64,000 nucleotides of DNA from Opitutia bacterium (GCA_947478395.1 CANJVR010000001.1:320001-384000), one strand, 5' to 3'; shown: positions 48,804 through 59,211, counted from the first letter of the stretch. Numbers and translations are program-made. The notes: generated by a model from the sequence alone, not told the origin.

Positions 48804-49445
48804 TCAGACGCGACGACGTTTCCGCGGGCGGCAGCCGTTGTGCGGAATCGGGGTGACGTCGATGATCGAGGTGATCTCGAGTCCGATGGCCTGAAGAGCG
48901 CGGACCGCGCTATCCCGGCCGAGACCAGGGCCGGAGATGCGGATGACGACGTCCTTAAGACCGTGCGACATCGCATTGCGGGCGGCATCCTGTGCGACGA
49001 CCTGCGCGGCGTAAGCCGTGGATTTGCGGGAACCGCGGAAGTTGCACTTGCCTGCGCTCGACCAAGCGATGACGGCGCCCTTGTGGTCCGTAATCGAGAC
49101 GATCGTGTTGTTGAAAGACGCGAGCACGTTGGCGACGCCGGAGGAGACGTTCTTGGAGCCCTTGGCCTTGCGGACCTTGATGCTACCAATCTCTTCCTTG
49201 AGAAGTTCCTCGGCGGTGGGCTGACGGGCCACGCCACCGATGAGTTCAACGGGTTTGTCGGCAGGCTTGTCGGCGGGTTTCGCGGCGGCCGGGGCCGCAG
49301 CGGGCGCGCCGTCGGCGGTAGGAGCAGCGGCGCCATCGGCGGCCGGCTTCGCGGTTTTCGGCGCCTTGGCGGGCTTGCCTTCGCCGGCAGCGGGGGCGGC
49401 CTTGGCGGGTTTCTCTTTCTTGGGAACTGAGTTTTCTTCGGCCAT
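48804..49445 (-). CDS. rpsK: 30S ribosomal protein S11 with long Ala/Pro/Lys-rich N-terminal extension
   Basis: '[11 protein letters not shown]', '[10 protein letters not shown]', '[18 protein letters not shown]'. Confidence 0.97.
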   Translation of the reverse strand: MAEENSVPKKEKPAKAAPAAGEGKPAKAPKTAKPAADGAAAPTADGAPAAAPAAAKPADKPADKPVELIGGVARQPTAEELLKEEIGSIKVRKAKGSKNVSSGVANVLASFNNTIVSITDHKGAVIAWSSAGKCNFRGSRKSTAYAAQVVAQDAARNAMSHGLKDVVIRISGPGLGRDSAVRALQAIGLEITSIIDVTPIPHNGCRPRKRRRV

Positions 49446-49457
49446 GTGAATGAGGGA

Positions 49458-49838
49458 TTAGACTTCTTTTGCTTTCGTGACACCCACGGTCTTGCGCGGG
49501 CCCTTGCGGGTGCGAGCGTTGGTGCTGGTACGCTGACCGCGGACCGGGAGGCTGCGACGGTGGCGGACGCCACGATAGCAGTTGATGGCCTGGAGGCGCT
49601 TGAGATTGGCGGTGTGTTCGCGGCGAAGGTCACCTTCGACGACCCACTTGTGCTCGGTGATCACGTGCAGGATCTTATTGAGCTGTTCTTCGGTGAGGTC
49701 CACCGCGCGCATGTCGGGATCGAGCCCGACTTCCTTCACGACTTGGTCGGCGCGTTGCGGACCAATGCCGTAGATGTAACGGAGGGAGAACGCGATTTTC
49801 TTCTTCGCGGGAATTTCGACGCCGAGGAGACGTGGCAT
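49458..49838 (-). CDS. rpsM: 30S ribosomal protein S13
   Basis: 'YIYGIG', '[17 protein letters not shown]'. Confidence 0.98.
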   Translation of the reverse strand: MPRLLGVEIPAKKKIAFSLRYIYGIGPQRADQVVKEVGLDPDMRAVDLTEEQLNKILHVITEHKWVVEGDLRREHTANLKRLQAINCYRGVRHRRSLPVRGQRTSTNARTRKGPRKTVGVTKAKEV

Positions 49839-49889
49839 GTTAGTTTAGGATTAAGTTAAAAAGACTAAGTAGGGAAAAGGAGGAGGAGT

Positions 49890-50660
49890 TCAAAGCGGGC
49901 GCGGGATCGTGAGAATCTCGGGGCCGTGGTCGGTCGTGAGGACCGTGTGTTCAAAATGAGCTGAGGGCTGCCCGTCGGTGGTGACATGAGTCCAACCGTC
50001 GGCGAGGGTCTTCGTCTTGTAGCCGCCGAGGTTGACCATGGGCTCGATCGCAAGGGTCATACCGGGTTTGATTTTTTCGCCGGTACCGCGACGACCGAAA
50101 TTCGGGATTTCGGGCGGCTCATGCATCGAGGTGCCGACGCCGTGGCCGACCATTTCACGAACGAGGCTGAAGCCATTGTCTTCGCAATGCGATTGGATCG
50201 CGTAGGAGATATCGCCGATTCGATTTCCGATCTGCGCTTGGCGAATACCAAGGTCGAGGGCCTCGCGACTAACGCGGAGGAGTTTCTCGATCGCGGGCGA
50301 GATCGGTCCGACGGGGACCGTGTAGGCGTTGTCGCCGACGTAGCCTTCGAACCAGACCACGATATCGAGGGAAGCGATATCGCCTTCGCGGAGAACGCGG
50401 CGCAACGAGGGTATGCCGTGGACGACTTCTTCGTTGACCGAGATGCAGGTATGGGCCGGGTAGCGGCGGGAACCGTGTTGATAACCGTAACAGGCGCTGC
50501 GGGCGCCGAGGCGCGCGATCATGTCGCGGCCTGCTTCTTCCAAGTCTTGCGTGGTGACGCCAGGCCTGACCAACGGCTTGAGTGTCTCAAGTACCGTGGC
50601 GGCGATGGCGCACGCCTCGCGCATTTTGCCGATTCCAATATTATCTTTGATTGGAATCAT
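49890..50660 (-). CDS. map: Methionine aminopeptidase type I
   Basis: 'CISVNEEVVHGIP', 'GHGVG', 'HEPP', 'AIEPM', 'SAHFEHT'. Confidence 0.97.
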   Translation of the reverse strand: MIPIKDNIGIGKMREACAIAATVLETLKPLVRPGVTTQDLEEAGRDMIARLGARSACYGYQHGSRRYPAHTCISVNEEVVHGIPSLRRVLREGDIASLDIVVWFEGYVGDNAYTVPVGPISPAIEKLLRVSREALDLGIRQAQIGNRIGDISYAIQSHCEDNGFSLVREMVGHGVGTSMHEPPEIPNFGRRGTGEKIKPGMTLAIEPMVNLGGYKTKTLADGWTHVTTDGQPSAHFEHTVLTTDHGPEILTIPRPL

Positions 50661-51085
50661 GCGGCGAGGTCGGCTCCGTTGATGAGGAGACCGAGGGTGC
50701 GGTAGTGCTCGAGGACGGGTTCCGGGGAACCGTGAAAGGCGAGCGCGGCAACGATAGTTTCGTCGCGCGCATCGAGCCATTCGTCGAACACAAGGGCTTG
50801 GAGCAGCGTAGCCGGGAAGTCCGTAAGGACAAATCCCGCATCAGGTTTGCGCGTGAAGAACCACTTTCGCATCGCTGCGATCGTGGTGGATTCCTCCGCT
50901 CCGGCAGGGCCGGCGCGTCGCGAAATCTCCCGGCGAATCAGACCGAAGGGAGAGACGTGCTCAATGTGCAAAGAACGGGACAGGTTCATCAGCTTTTCAG
51001 AGCGAAAATCAGGTGAACCGAGGATGATGATTTTCGTTTTGGCGGGACCGCCGCCGAGCGAAAAGAGGTCGGTGATGGCGGCCAT
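50657..51085 (-). CDS. Degenerate adenylate-kinase-like protein (no intact P-loop, no LID)
   Basis: Occupies the adk position between secY and map; 'KIIILGSP', 'HVS..GLIRREI', 'GFVLTDFPATLLQA' echo Adk motifs. Confidence 0.7.
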   Translation of the reverse strand: MAAITDLFSLGGGPAKTKIIILGSPDFRSEKLMNLSRSLHIEHVSPFGLIRREISRRAGPAGAEESTTIAAMRKWFFTRKPDAGFVLTDFPATLLQALVFDEWLDARDETIVAALAFHGSPEPVLEHYRTLGLLINGADLAA

Positions 51086-51104
51086 CGCGACCAGAGTAAA
51101 GAAC

Positions 51105-52607
51105 TTATTTTGAGAAATGCCGGTAAGCCGCAATTCCCACCCCCAACAGCAACAATCCGAGCATCGGCAGTGCGAGTTTCATGATTGCATCCGAGCTGAG
51201 CGCCTCGCCGGTCATGCCTTGGCGGGTGTCGGCGCGGGAACGAACCCGGCCTTTCTTGAGGAATCCGTCGTAGTGACGTTGCAACAGGAAAGTTTCCACC
51301 TGGCGCATCGTATCGAGAATAACGCCCACGGTGATTAGCATGCCGGTACCACCGAAGAACACAGCGATGCGTTGAGGGACTTTGAGCTCGAAAAGCAACA
51401 CGTCCGGCATGACGGCGATGACCGTCAGGAAGATCGCACCGGCGAGGGTGAGCCGCGTCATGATAAAATCGAGGAACTGCGCCGTCGGCTCGCCAGGGCG
51501 AACTCCGGGAATGTAGCCTCCGTATTTCTTCAAGTCGTCGGCGATCTGGATGGGCTTGAACATGACCGACACCCAAAAGTAGCTGAAGAACATGATCAGC
51601 ACGGTATCGATAAGGTAATAGCTCCAGTGCCCTCGCAGCAGGTTCTGGGAAATATCGACCAAAAACTTGATCTTAAAATGCGCGCCAACCTGAGAAAATA
51701 TCTGCTGCGGAAAGAGAAGGATCGCACTCGCGAAGATGACGGGCATGACGCCGGAGTAATTTACCTTCAGCGGGAGAAATGAGCTTTGGCCGCCCATGAC
51801 CTTGTTGCCGACGACCCGCTTGGCGTATTGCACCGGGATTTTGCGCTGCCCCTGAACGACGAGAATGATGCCCATCGTCACAATCAAGAAGAGCAAAACC
51901 ATCACCAGCGCCTGCGGCAGTCCGAGATTTTGACCGGTCCCGACTGGACGGAAGAACAAGTCGTAGGTGGCGGTGGCCGCACCGGGGATGTCGGCGAGAA
52001 TGCCGACCGTGATCAGCAACGACACGCCGTTGCCGATGCCACGCTGGGTGATTTGCTCACCGAGCCACATCAGCAGCATCGTGCCCGCGGTCATAAAAAT
52101 CACCGATGTAACCAGGAAGGATCCCTTGGAAGCAGTCACGATCGGCCCGTAGACATTAACATCGTAGCCCTGAAACAGAGCGCCGGGGTTTTCCAAATTC
52201 CAGATCAGCAGCGTGCCCTGGATAATGCAGATAAGCACCGTGGCATAACGCATGTACTGCGTGAGTTTCTGGCGGCCAACATCGCCTTCCTGTTGGAGCC
52301 GGCTCAACGCCGGGACGACCGCGGTCATCAATTGGAAGATGATCGAGGCGCTGATATACGGCATGATGCCGAGCGCGGCGATGGCGCCCTTCACGAGCGC
52401 GCCGCCAGTGAACATGTTGTAGAGACCGACTAGTGCGCCGCCGGAACCGCCGGCCTGTTGCTTGAAGAATTCCTGCAGCGGGTGCGGATCAATCCCCGGC
52501 AGGGGAATGTGAGCGGCGACGCGGGCGACGAACAACAACGAGAGCGTATAGAAAATGCGCGAGCGAAGCTCGGGAATTTTCAGGGAGTTCGTGAAAGCGG
52601 AAAACAC
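51105..52607 (-). CDS. secY: Preprotein translocase subunit SecY
   Basis: 'LGIMPYISASII', 'GIGNGVSL', 'IPGVRPG', 'GGTGMLI'. Confidence 0.98.
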   Translation of the reverse strand: MFSAFTNSLKIPELRSRIFYTLSLLFVARVAAHIPLPGIDPHPLQEFFKQQAGGSGGALVGLYNMFTGGALVKGAIAALGIMPYISASIIFQLMTAVVPALSRLQQEGDVGRQKLTQYMRYATVLICIIQGTLLIWNLENPGALFQGYDVNVYGPIVTASKGSFLVTSVIFMTAGTMLLMWLGEQITQRGIGNGVSLLITVGILADIPGAATATYDLFFRPVGTGQNLGLPQALVMVLLFLIVTMGIILVVQGQRKIPVQYAKRVVGNKVMGGQSSFLPLKVNYSGVMPVIFASAILLFPQQIFSQVGAHFKIKFLVDISQNLLRGHWSYYLIDTVLIMFFSYFWVSVMFKPIQIADDLKKYGGYIPGVRPGEPTAQFLDFIMTRLTLAGAIFLTVIAVMPDVLLFELKVPQRIAVFFGGTGMLITVGVILDTMRQVETFLLQRHYDGFLKKGRVRSRADTRQGMTGEALSSDAIMKLALPMLGLLLLGVGIAAYRHFSK

Positions 52608-52617
52608 GGTTTGAGGG

Positions 52618-52710
52618 ATTTTCGAATTTGGATTCTCGATTTTCGATTACAGGTTTCGATTCTTCACAACAGCGCGGAAATCGAAAATCAGGAATCGAAA
52701 ATCGAAAATG
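52618..52710. repeat. Inverted heptamer repeat array (GATTTTC)n ... (GAAAATC)n
   Basis: GATTTTCGAATTTGGATTCTCGATTTTCGATT facing AAATCGAAAATCAGGAATCGAAAATCGAAAAT. Confidence 0.8.
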
Positions 52711-52712
52711 GA

Positions 52713-53159
52713 TCAGCCCACGATAACTTGGCCACCGGCTTTCTCGATCTTGGCCTTGGCCGAGTCGGAAAACTTCGATGCGGTGATCTTGAAAGCCCGG
52801 GTGAGTTCACCGTCACCGAGCACCTTGAGATATTTCTCGTCGTGGCGGATCAAGCCGGCGTTGGCCAGGACCTCGGCGTTGACGTCGGTCACGCTCGCAT
52901 CGAGTCGGGAGAGATCGCCGAGGTTCACGATGACGGGCTCAACGCGGAACGAAGCCTGATTAAAGCCGCGATGCGGGAGCTTGCGGTACAGGGGCATCTG
53001 GCCGCCTTCGAAGCCGGGCCGAATACTGCTGCCAGAACGGGCCGACTGACCTTTGCCACCGCGGCCGGAGGTCTTGCCGTGGCCGCTGCCTTCGCCGCAA
53101 CCAACGCGTTTCTTGCGGTGGATCGCACCGGCAACGTTTTTAAGTTCGTGGAGTTTCAT
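52713..53159 (-). CDS. rplO: 50S ribosomal protein L15
   Basis: 'GKTSGRGGKGQ', 'GFEGGQMPL'. Confidence 0.98.
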   Translation of the reverse strand: MKLHELKNVAGAIHRKKRVGCGEGSGHGKTSGRGGKGQSARSGSSIRPGFEGGQMPLYRKLPHRGFNQASFRVEPVIVNLGDLSRLDASVTDVNAEVLANAGLIRHDEKYLKVLGDGELTRAFKITASKFSDSAKAKIEKAGGQVIVG

Positions 53160-53236
53160 AAATTTCCTAAGTGAGGGCGCCCCACCCCGCCGCTCAAAGA
53201 GCGCGAAGTGGAACTCGGATTGGGTTTAAAAATAAA

Positions 53237-53899
53237 TCAGACCGTGGCGGACGTCGCTTGACGGAGCGCCGTGATGTCTTCGGACGTACGGAGCTGCTGC
53301 AGTGCAGCAAGCGTGGCGTTCACGACGGCGATGTGATTGTTGGAACCCATCGATTTCGTAAGTACATTCTTCACGCCAGCCGCTTCTAGGACAGCCCGGA
53401 CACCGCCGCCGGCGATGAGGCCGGTACCAGGTGAAGCGGGCCTGAGGAGGACTTTACCGCCGTCGTATTCGCCGAAGACGTCATGGGAGATGGTGTCGCC
53501 CTTGAGCTTCACCTTGACCATGTGCTTGTGAGCATTGGCAGTGCCCTTCTTGATGGCGTCGGGCACTTCGTTGGCCTTGCCGTAGCCGATGCCGATCTTG
53601 CCCTTGCCATCGCCAACGACGGCGAGAGCAGAAAAGCTAAAACGGCGACCGCCCTTAACGACCTTGGCGCAGCGGTTGATGAAGACGACCTTCTCGATCA
53701 TCGTCGTGCCGTCGGCGGAAATCGTGGGCTTGTTGCGGTCGTCGCGGCGCGGGCCGCGGGGGCCACCGCCAGGACCGTCACGACGGGGGCCACGCTGTCC
53801 ACGCTCGCCACCGCGAGCTGGCGCGGGAGCGGCAGCCGGTACGGTCGCCGGAGCGGGAGAAGCAGAAGCAGGAACGGAAGAAACGGGATCGGAGCTCAT
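53237..53899 (-). CDS. rpsE: 30S ribosomal protein S5 with N-terminal extension
   Basis: '[14 protein letters not shown]', 'GTGLIAGG'. Confidence 0.97.
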   Translation of the reverse strand: MSSDPVSSVPASASPAPATVPAAAPAPARGGERGQRGPRRDGPGGGPRGPRRDDRNKPTISADGTTMIEKVVFINRCAKVVKGGRRFSFSALAVVGDGKGKIGIGYGKANEVPDAIKKGTANAHKHMVKVKLKGDTISHDVFGEYDGGKVLLRPASPGTGLIAGGGVRAVLEAAGVKNVLTKSMGSNNHIAVVNATLAALQQLRTSEDITALRQATSATV

Positions 53900-53908
53900 A
53901 GGCGAGGA

Positions 53909-54271
53909 TTAGAATACGAGACCGGCTTCCCGGGCAGTGTCGGCAAATGCCTTGACCTTGCCGTGGTAACGGGCGCCGTTGCGGTCGAATACGACAGAGG
54001 TGATGCCAGCGGCTTTCGCCTTGGCGGTGAATGCAGACGCCAGCAACTTGGCGCCCTTAACATTGGCGGCGAGCTTCTGCTTGCGCAGGTCGGGATCGAG
54101 CGTGCCAAGAAAAACGAGCGTTGTGCCGGCTTCGTCGTCAATGGCTTGGGCGTAGATGTTTTGGCCGGTGAATTTGACGCTGAGACGCGGGCGGACGGCG
54201 GTGCCGTTGACCTTCTTGCGAATGCGCCAGCGACGCTTCTGCAGCAAATTGGCCTTGTAGATAGTATTCAT
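53909..54271 (-). CDS. rplR: 50S ribosomal protein L18
   Basis: 'RPRLSV', 'VVFDRNG..YHGKV'. Confidence 0.97.
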   Translation of the reverse strand: MNTIYKANLLQKRRWRIRKKVNGTAVRPRLSVKFTGQNIYAQAIDDEAGTTLVFLGTLDPDLRKQKLAANVKGAKLLASAFTAKAKAAGITSVVFDRNGARYHGKVKAFADTAREAGLVF

Positions 54272-54306
54272 GGGTAGTGTCCCGAGATAAAATGTTACGA
54301 CTTAAA

Positions 54307-54843
54307 TTAAGCGACTGTCTTGCCTTCCTTGCGGCGGACGCGCTCGCCCACGATGCGAACACCTTTACCCTTGTAGGGCTCGGGCGGATAATAACTGCGG
54401 ATCTCGGCCGTGACCGCGCCGACGAGCTGCTTGTCGCAACCTTCGACTTTCACCTTGGTGCCTTCGACAACGGTGATCTTGATGCCGTCAGGTATGTCCA
54501 TGACGATCGGGTGCGAATAACCAAGCGCGAGATCGAGCTGTTTTCCCTTGAGGTTAGCCTTGAAGCCGACGCCTTGGATTTCGAGATCTTTAACGTACCC
54601 TTCGGTCACACCTTTTACCATGCTCGCGATAATCGAGCGCGCTGTGCCGAACATGGCACTGGCGAAGCGGGAGTCCTCCGTGGGAGCGACGGTGACTTTA
54701 CTGTCAGCCACGGAAATTTTAACGACAGGCGCGAACGTCTTGGAGACTTTGCCCTTCGGGCCCTCGACATTGACGGTCATATTGGTCACGAGGACCTTGA
54801 CCTTGTCGGGGATAATAATGGGTTGTTTGCCGATGCGGCTCAT
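54307..54843 (-). CDS. rplF: 50S ribosomal protein L6
   Basis: 'MSRIGK', 'PEPYKGKG'. Confidence 0.98.
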   Translation of the reverse strand: MSRIGKQPIIIPDKVKVLVTNMTVNVEGPKGKVSKTFAPVVKISVADSKVTVAPTEDSRFASAMFGTARSIIASMVKGVTEGYVKDLEIQGVGFKANLKGKQLDLALGYSHPIVMDIPDGIKITVVEGTKVKVEGCDKQLVGAVTAEIRSYYPPEPYKGKGVRIVGERVRRKEGKTVA

Positions 54844-54855
54844 AGTGCGGGCGGG

Positions 54856-55248
54856 TTACCAAACGTTGCAGATCAATTCGCCGCCGGCTTTATTGCGGCG
54901 ACAGTCGGAGTCTTTCATCAGACCCTTCGACGTGGAAACGATGGCGATGCCGAGGCCGTTGAGGACGCGCGGAATCTCGGTGTAGCTGGCATAGAGCCGG
55001 CGGCCAGGGGTCGAAGTGCGATCGATACCGGTAATGGCCGGAGCGCCTTCGATGTATTTCATTTTCACCACGAGAGTCTTATGACCACTCTGGTCGACGC
55101 CGTCCGAGAAATCGGCGATATAGCCCTCGGTTTTGAGAATGGCGGCGATGGCGGCTTTTAGGGTCGAGTGCGGGGAAACGCACAGATCGAGGCGCGCCTT
55201 GCTGGCATTGCGGAGGCGCGTGGTGAAATCACTGATCGGGTCGGTCAT
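54856..55248 (-). CDS. rpsH: 30S ribosomal protein S8
   Basis: 'MTDPISD', 'GLGIAIVSTSKG', 'GGELIC'. Confidence 0.97.
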   Translation of the reverse strand: MTDPISDFTTRLRNASKARLDLCVSPHSTLKAAIAAILKTEGYIADFSDGVDQSGHKTLVVKMKYIEGAPAITGIDRTSTPGRRLYASYTEIPRVLNGLGIAIVSTSKGLMKDSDCRRNKAGGELICNVW

Positions 55249-55305
55249 GGTGGATGTTGGGTTGAGGGCTCGCGGGTCATATCCGACTCCCGCGGGCGAT
55301 TTAAA

Positions 55306-55611
55306 TTACCAGGAGGATTTCGTCACGCCAGGTATCTTGCCGGCGAGAGCGAGTTCGCGGAACTGAATGCGGGACACACCGTATTTGCGGTGATAGGCGC
55401 GCGGACGGCCGCTCATCGAGCAGCGGTTGCGGATGCGCACGGCGGAAGAATTGCGGGGCAGTTTCTGCAGCTTCTTAGAAGCGGCGAAAAATTCTTCGTC
55501 GGTGGTGGCGGGATTGGCGAGGGCTGCCTTCAAGTCAGCGCGTACCGTGGCGTACTTGGCGACGAGGTTGATGCGCTTCTTATTGCGCTCGATGGCGGAG
55601 GTCTTCGGCAT
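55306..55611 (-). CDS. rpsN: 30S ribosomal protein S14 (long form, no CxxC pairs)
   Basis: 'LPRNSS', 'RNRC..SGRPR', 'PGVTKSSW'. Confidence 0.96.
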   Translation of the reverse strand: MPKTSAIERNKKRINLVAKYATVRADLKAALANPATTDEEFFAASKKLQKLPRNSSAVRIRNRCSMSGRPRAYHRKYGVSRIQFRELALAGKIPGVTKSSW

Positions 55612-55645
55612 GGTAGGCGGAGTTGAACTTAAATTCGTTGGGCGA

Positions 55646-56215
55646 TTACGCGGCGGAAGCCGTCTTGGTTTCGACACGGCGGAAGGGCATGCCGAGCAGC
55701 TTGAGCAATTCGCGACCTTCGTCGTCGTTGCTCGCGGTCGTCACGATCGTGATGTCGAGCCCCATCGTCTTCTTCACGTTTTCAACCGTGATTTCGGGGA
55801 AAATAGTGAAGTCGGAAATGCCAAGGTTGTAGTTGCCTTGGCCGTCGAGCTTGGGCGGCACGCCGCGGAAATCGCGAATCGTGGGGAGCGCCACCGCCAG
55901 CAGACGGTAGAGGAATTCCCACATCGAGTTGCCGCGAAGCGTCACACGACAGCCTACGGTCTGGTTCTCTCGGAGCTTGAAATTCGAAATGGCCTTACGG
56001 GACTTCGTCAGCACCGGCTTTTGGCCCGCGATTGCCGCGAGATCGCGCTGGATGTCCACGATCTGGTTTTTGTCAGCCTCGGCATCGATGCCGGTGTTCA
56101 GGCTGATCTTGAGGATCTTCGGCACCTGATGCTTGTTTTGGTAGCCGCGGCTCTTCATGAGCTCGGCATAAACCTGCTCATTGTAGATTTTCTTAAGAAT
56201 AGGAACGTAGCTCAT
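55646..56215 (-). CDS. rplE: 50S ribosomal protein L5
   Basis: 'GQKPV', 'FKLRE', 'RDFRG', 'IFPEI'. Confidence 0.97.
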   Translation of the reverse strand: MSYVPILKKIYNEQVYAELMKSRGYQNKHQVPKILKISLNTGIDAEADKNQIVDIQRDLAAIAGQKPVLTKSRKAISNFKLRENQTVGCRVTLRGNSMWEFLYRLLAVALPTIRDFRGVPPKLDGQGNYNLGISDFTIFPEITVENVKKTMGLDITIVTTASNDDEGRELLKLLGMPFRRVETKTASAA

Positions 56216-56321
56216 TTTGAGATCCACCGGATTTCCGACCCGGCGGCGTAAAGGTGAGTATTAAGGGAGAAAAGGGTCAGTAGGCCACACGCTTCGCCGG
56301 AATGGCAAGCGCGCAGTGGGT

Positions 56322-56600
56322 TTAGGCCGTTACAGGAGCAGCGGCCTTCTTGCGTTTGCTGGCGTCATGGACGGCCTTGAGCATCAAATTCGAGACGTGG
56401 ATCGAGCCTTCTCGCTCGATAATCGCGCCCTGCGGATGCTCCGTGGATTTTTTCAGGTGGCGCTTCATCATCGCGAGACCCTCGACGCGGGCGCGGGATT
56501 TAACGGCGAGAACCTCGAGGATCTTGCCTTCCTTGCCCTTTTGGGAGCCGGCGATGACGACCACCTGGTCGTTGCGTTTAACGTGAAATTTCGTGGCCAT
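56322..56600 (-). CDS. rplX: 50S ribosomal protein L24
   Basis: KOW motif 'VVVIAGSQKGKEG', 'IHVSN'. Confidence 0.96.
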   Translation of the reverse strand: MATKFHVKRNDQVVVIAGSQKGKEGKILEVLAVKSRARVEGLAMMKRHLKKSTEHPQGAIIEREGSIHVSNLMLKAVHDASKRKKAAAPVTA

Positions 56601-56601
56601 G

Positions 56602-56967
56602 TTAAAGAACCTCCGGAGCGAGCGAGATGATCTTCATGAAGTTTTTCGCGCGCAGTTCGCGAGCGACGGGCCCGAAGATGCGGGTGCCCTTAGGATTATT
56701 GGAAGCGTCGATGATGACGATCGCGTTGCTGTCGAAGCGCAGGTAACTGCCGTCGGCCCGGCGGACCGGCGCCTTCGTGCGAACGACGACGGCCTTGGCG
56801 ACCTCGCCCTTCTTAACCGTGGCCTCGGTAGCGCTCTGTTTGATGTGAACCGTGATAATGTCGCCGACCGAAGCGGTGTCGGTGATCTGGCCTTTTTTCG
56901 AAATCATCGCGGCCTTGCGGGCGCCGGTGTTGTCGACGACGTCGAGGATGGAGCGGAGTTGGATCAT
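56602..56967 (-). CDS. rplN: 50S ribosomal protein L14
   Basis: 'DNTGA', '[12 protein letters not shown]', 'SLAPEVL'. Confidence 0.98.
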   Translation of the reverse strand: MIQLRSILDVVDNTGARKAAMISKKGQITDTASVGDIITVHIKQSATEATVKKGEVAKAVVVRTKAPVRRADGSYLRFDSNAIVIIDASNNPKGTRIFGPVARELRAKNFMKIISLAPEVL

Positions 56968-57004
56968 GACGAACCTTGTTGGATTGGGCGGTGGTTAATT
57001 GAAA

Positions 57005-57367
57005 TCAGACCGCGGGCTTCGCCGTGGAGGCGGCGGTGGTCTTGGTGGGCACCTGGGCGGCGACGTCGTTCTCGCTGATCGCAACGGCATCAGTCGTGAT
57101 GGCGTGCTGGACAACGCTGATGACACGCCAGCGCTTCAAGCGGCTGATAGGACGCGTCTCCATGATCTCGACCTTATCGCCGACCTTGGTCTCATTCTTC
57201 TCGTCATGCGTGTGCACGACGGTCTTGCGATTGATGACCTTGTGGTAAAGCGGATGGGGAGTCTTGTACGCGATCGTGACCTTGATGGATTTGTCGCCGG
57301 AGCGGCTGGTGACGAAGCCGATGAGGGTCTTGCGCGTATTGCGCGAACCGGAAGTGGCAGTGGACAT
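57005..57367 (-). CDS. rpsQ: 30S ribosomal protein S17
   Basis: 'HPLYHK', 'ETRPISRLKRW'. Confidence 0.96.
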   Translation of the reverse strand: MSTATSGSRNTRKTLIGFVTSRSGDKSIKVTIAYKTPHPLYHKVINRKTVVHTHDEKNETKVGDKVEIMETRPISRLKRWRVISVVQHAITTDAVAISENDVAAQVPTKTTAASTAKPAV

Positions 57368-57374
57368 GGTTTGA

Positions 57375-57450
57375 GTGCTTTAAGGTTTAAAGGGATAAGT
57401 TTTAAGGTCGGAAACGAGGAAGCTTACGCTCTTACCGCTTAAACCTTATC
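57375..57450. repeat. Degenerate inverted heptamer-type tract
   Basis: TTTAAGGTTTAAAGGGATAAGTTTTAAGG facing CTTACGCTCTTACCGCTTAAACCTTATC. Confidence 0.55.
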
Positions 57451-57457
57451 GTGCTGG

Positions 57458-57664
57458 TCAGGCGGCAGCCGGAGCCGATTTTTTCGGAGCGTTGAGCTGA
57501 GTCTGCAGGCGGGCGATGTCCTTACGGTAGCTGCGAAGCAGGTGTGGTTTTTCGATCTGCCCGGTTTGCTTACGCAGACGGAGTTGCAGCAGCTGTTCAC
57601 GCGTTTCGCGGAGCTTGGTGGTGATCTCGGCGGGCGAGAGTTCGCGGATTTCTTTGGCGGTCAT
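57458..57664 (-). CDS. rpmC: 50S ribosomal protein L29
   Basis: 'KEIRELS', 'RKDIARLQT'; conserved position. Confidence 0.95.
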   Translation of the reverse strand: MTAKEIRELSPAEITTKLRETREQLLQLRLRKQTGQIEKPHLLRSYRKDIARLQTQLNAPKKSAPAAA

Positions 57665-57694
57665 GTCGAGACGAGGTGTTAAAGATTAAGCGAC

Positions 57695-58117
57695 TTAGAC
57701 GGCGGTGCCTTCACGCACGATGAAACGGCAGTGAAACGGCAGCTTCGCGTCGGCGAGACGAAACGCCTCTTTGGCAACGGTGGAGGAAACGCCGGCGAGC
57801 TCGAACAGCACGGCGCCGGGCTTGATGACGGCGACGTAAAACTCCACCGGACCTTTGCCCTGGCCCATGCGCACTTCCTGCGGCTTCTTAGTGACGGGCT
57901 TGTGCGGGAACACACGGATCCAGAGTTTACCCTTGCGCTTCAAGTGACGCGAGATGGTCACACGAGCGGCTTCGATTTGCTGGCCGGTCATGGGACCGCG
58001 GGTGAGGGACTGCAGGCCGAATTCACCGAAGGCGAGCGTGTTGCCGCGCTTGGCATTGCCAGCGCGGGATCCTTTCATCGTCTTGCGGTATTTGGTGCGG
58101 GCGGGAGCTAGAGCCAT
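57695..58117 (-). CDS. rplP: 50S ribosomal protein L16
   Basis: 'QIEAAR', 'WIRVFP', 'RMGQGKG'. Confidence 0.98.
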   Translation of the reverse strand: MALAPARTKYRKTMKGSRAGNAKRGNTLAFGEFGLQSLTRGPMTGQQIEAARVTISRHLKRKGKLWIRVFPHKPVTKKPQEVRMGQGKGPVEFYVAVIKPGAVLFELAGVSSTVAKEAFRLADAKLPFHCRFIVREGTAV

Positions 58118-58120
58118 GGG

Positions 58121-58224
58121 AAATTAGGATTTAAGATTTTTGATTTTCGGCTTCGAAATTTCCCAAGAGCGGCGGCGAATCGCTGGCGCAAAAGAGAATC
58201 GAGATTCGAATTTCTAAAATACGA
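58121..58224. repeat. Degenerate inverted heptamer-type tract
   Basis: GATTTAAGATTTTTGATTTTCG facing AATCGAGATTCGAATTTCTAAAAT. Confidence 0.6.
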
Positions 58225-58860
58225 TTAGGGGGTCGCGGGCTCGTCTTTTTTACAGATCCAGCATTTGACGCCGATCTTGCCGTAAAGGGTGAGGGCTTCG
58301 GAAAAGCCGTAGTCGATGTTTTCGCGGAGCGTATGCAACGGCACACGACCCTTGCGCTGCCACTCGCGACGGGCGATGTCTGTGCCGCCGAGGCGGCCAG
58401 AGCATTGGATACGGATGCCTTCGGCACCGAGCGCCATGGCCATTTCGACGGCCTTCTTCATGGCCCGACGGAAAGCGATGCGGCGTTCGAGCTGCAGGGC
58501 GACGTTTTCAGCGACGAGCTGGGCCTCGATTTCGGGCTTCTTTACCTCCTGGATATCGAGGAGAATTTCCTTGCCCGTGAGTTTTGCGAGCTCGGCCTTG
58601 ATGTTTTCGACTTCGGCGCCCTTGCGACCGATTACAATGCCGGGGCGAGCAGTATAGATCTTAACGCGCACTCGGTTCGAGGCGCGCTCGATGAAGATGC
58701 GCGGCACGGAGGCCTGCTTAAGTTTCGCCATCAGCGTATTGCGGATGATCGAGTCTTCGAGGAGGAGCTTCGGGAATTCTTTCTTGTTCGCGAACCAGCG
58801 GGACTGCCAGTTGCGGCGGACAGCGAGACGGAAACCGATCGGATTAGTCTTTTGGCCCAT
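58225..58860 (-). CDS. rpsC: 30S ribosomal protein S3
   Basis: '[12 protein letters not shown]', 'GRVPLHTLR'. Confidence 0.98.
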   Translation of the reverse strand: MGQKTNPIGFRLAVRRNWQSRWFANKKEFPKLLLEDSIIRNTLMAKLKQASVPRIFIERASNRVRVKIYTARPGIVIGRKGAEVENIKAELAKLTGKEILLDIQEVKKPEIEAQLVAENVALQLERRIAFRRAMKKAVEMAMALGAEGIRIQCSGRLGGTDIARREWQRKGRVPLHTLRENIDYGFSEALTLYGKIGVKCWICKKDEPATP

Positions 58861-58869
58861 GGTAGTAAA

Positions 58870-59211
58870 TTATTCGGATTTGCCGTCAGAAAGGACGATG
58901 CGGATGTGGGACATCTTCTTGCGGCGGGGCATCGCAGTGCCACGTGCGCCGGCCTTGAAGCGCTTCAAGACGGGCCCGATGTCGATGACCGCGCTCTTGA
59001 TGAAGAGCGAGTCAGCCGAGAGGTTGTTGTTGTTCTCAGCATTCGCGATCGCGCTCTTCAGCGTCTTCACGATGAGCCGCGCGGATTTCCGCGGGATGAG
59101 CGTCAAATACTGTACTGCTTCGGCCGCGCGACGGCCTTGAATGATGCGGGTGACGTCGCGCATTTTTTTCGGCGACATCCGCGCGTAACGGGTAAGGGCT
59201 TGAACTTCCAT
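58870..59211 (-). CDS. rplV: 50S ribosomal protein L22
   Basis: 'RMSPKK', 'SAIANAENN', 'SHIRIV'. Confidence 0.97.
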   Translation of the reverse strand: MEVQALTRYARMSPKKMRDVTRIIQGRRAAEAVQYLTLIPRKSARLIVKTLKSAIANAENNNNLSADSLFIKSAVIDIGPVLKRFKAGARGTAMPRRKKMSHIRIVLSDGKSE

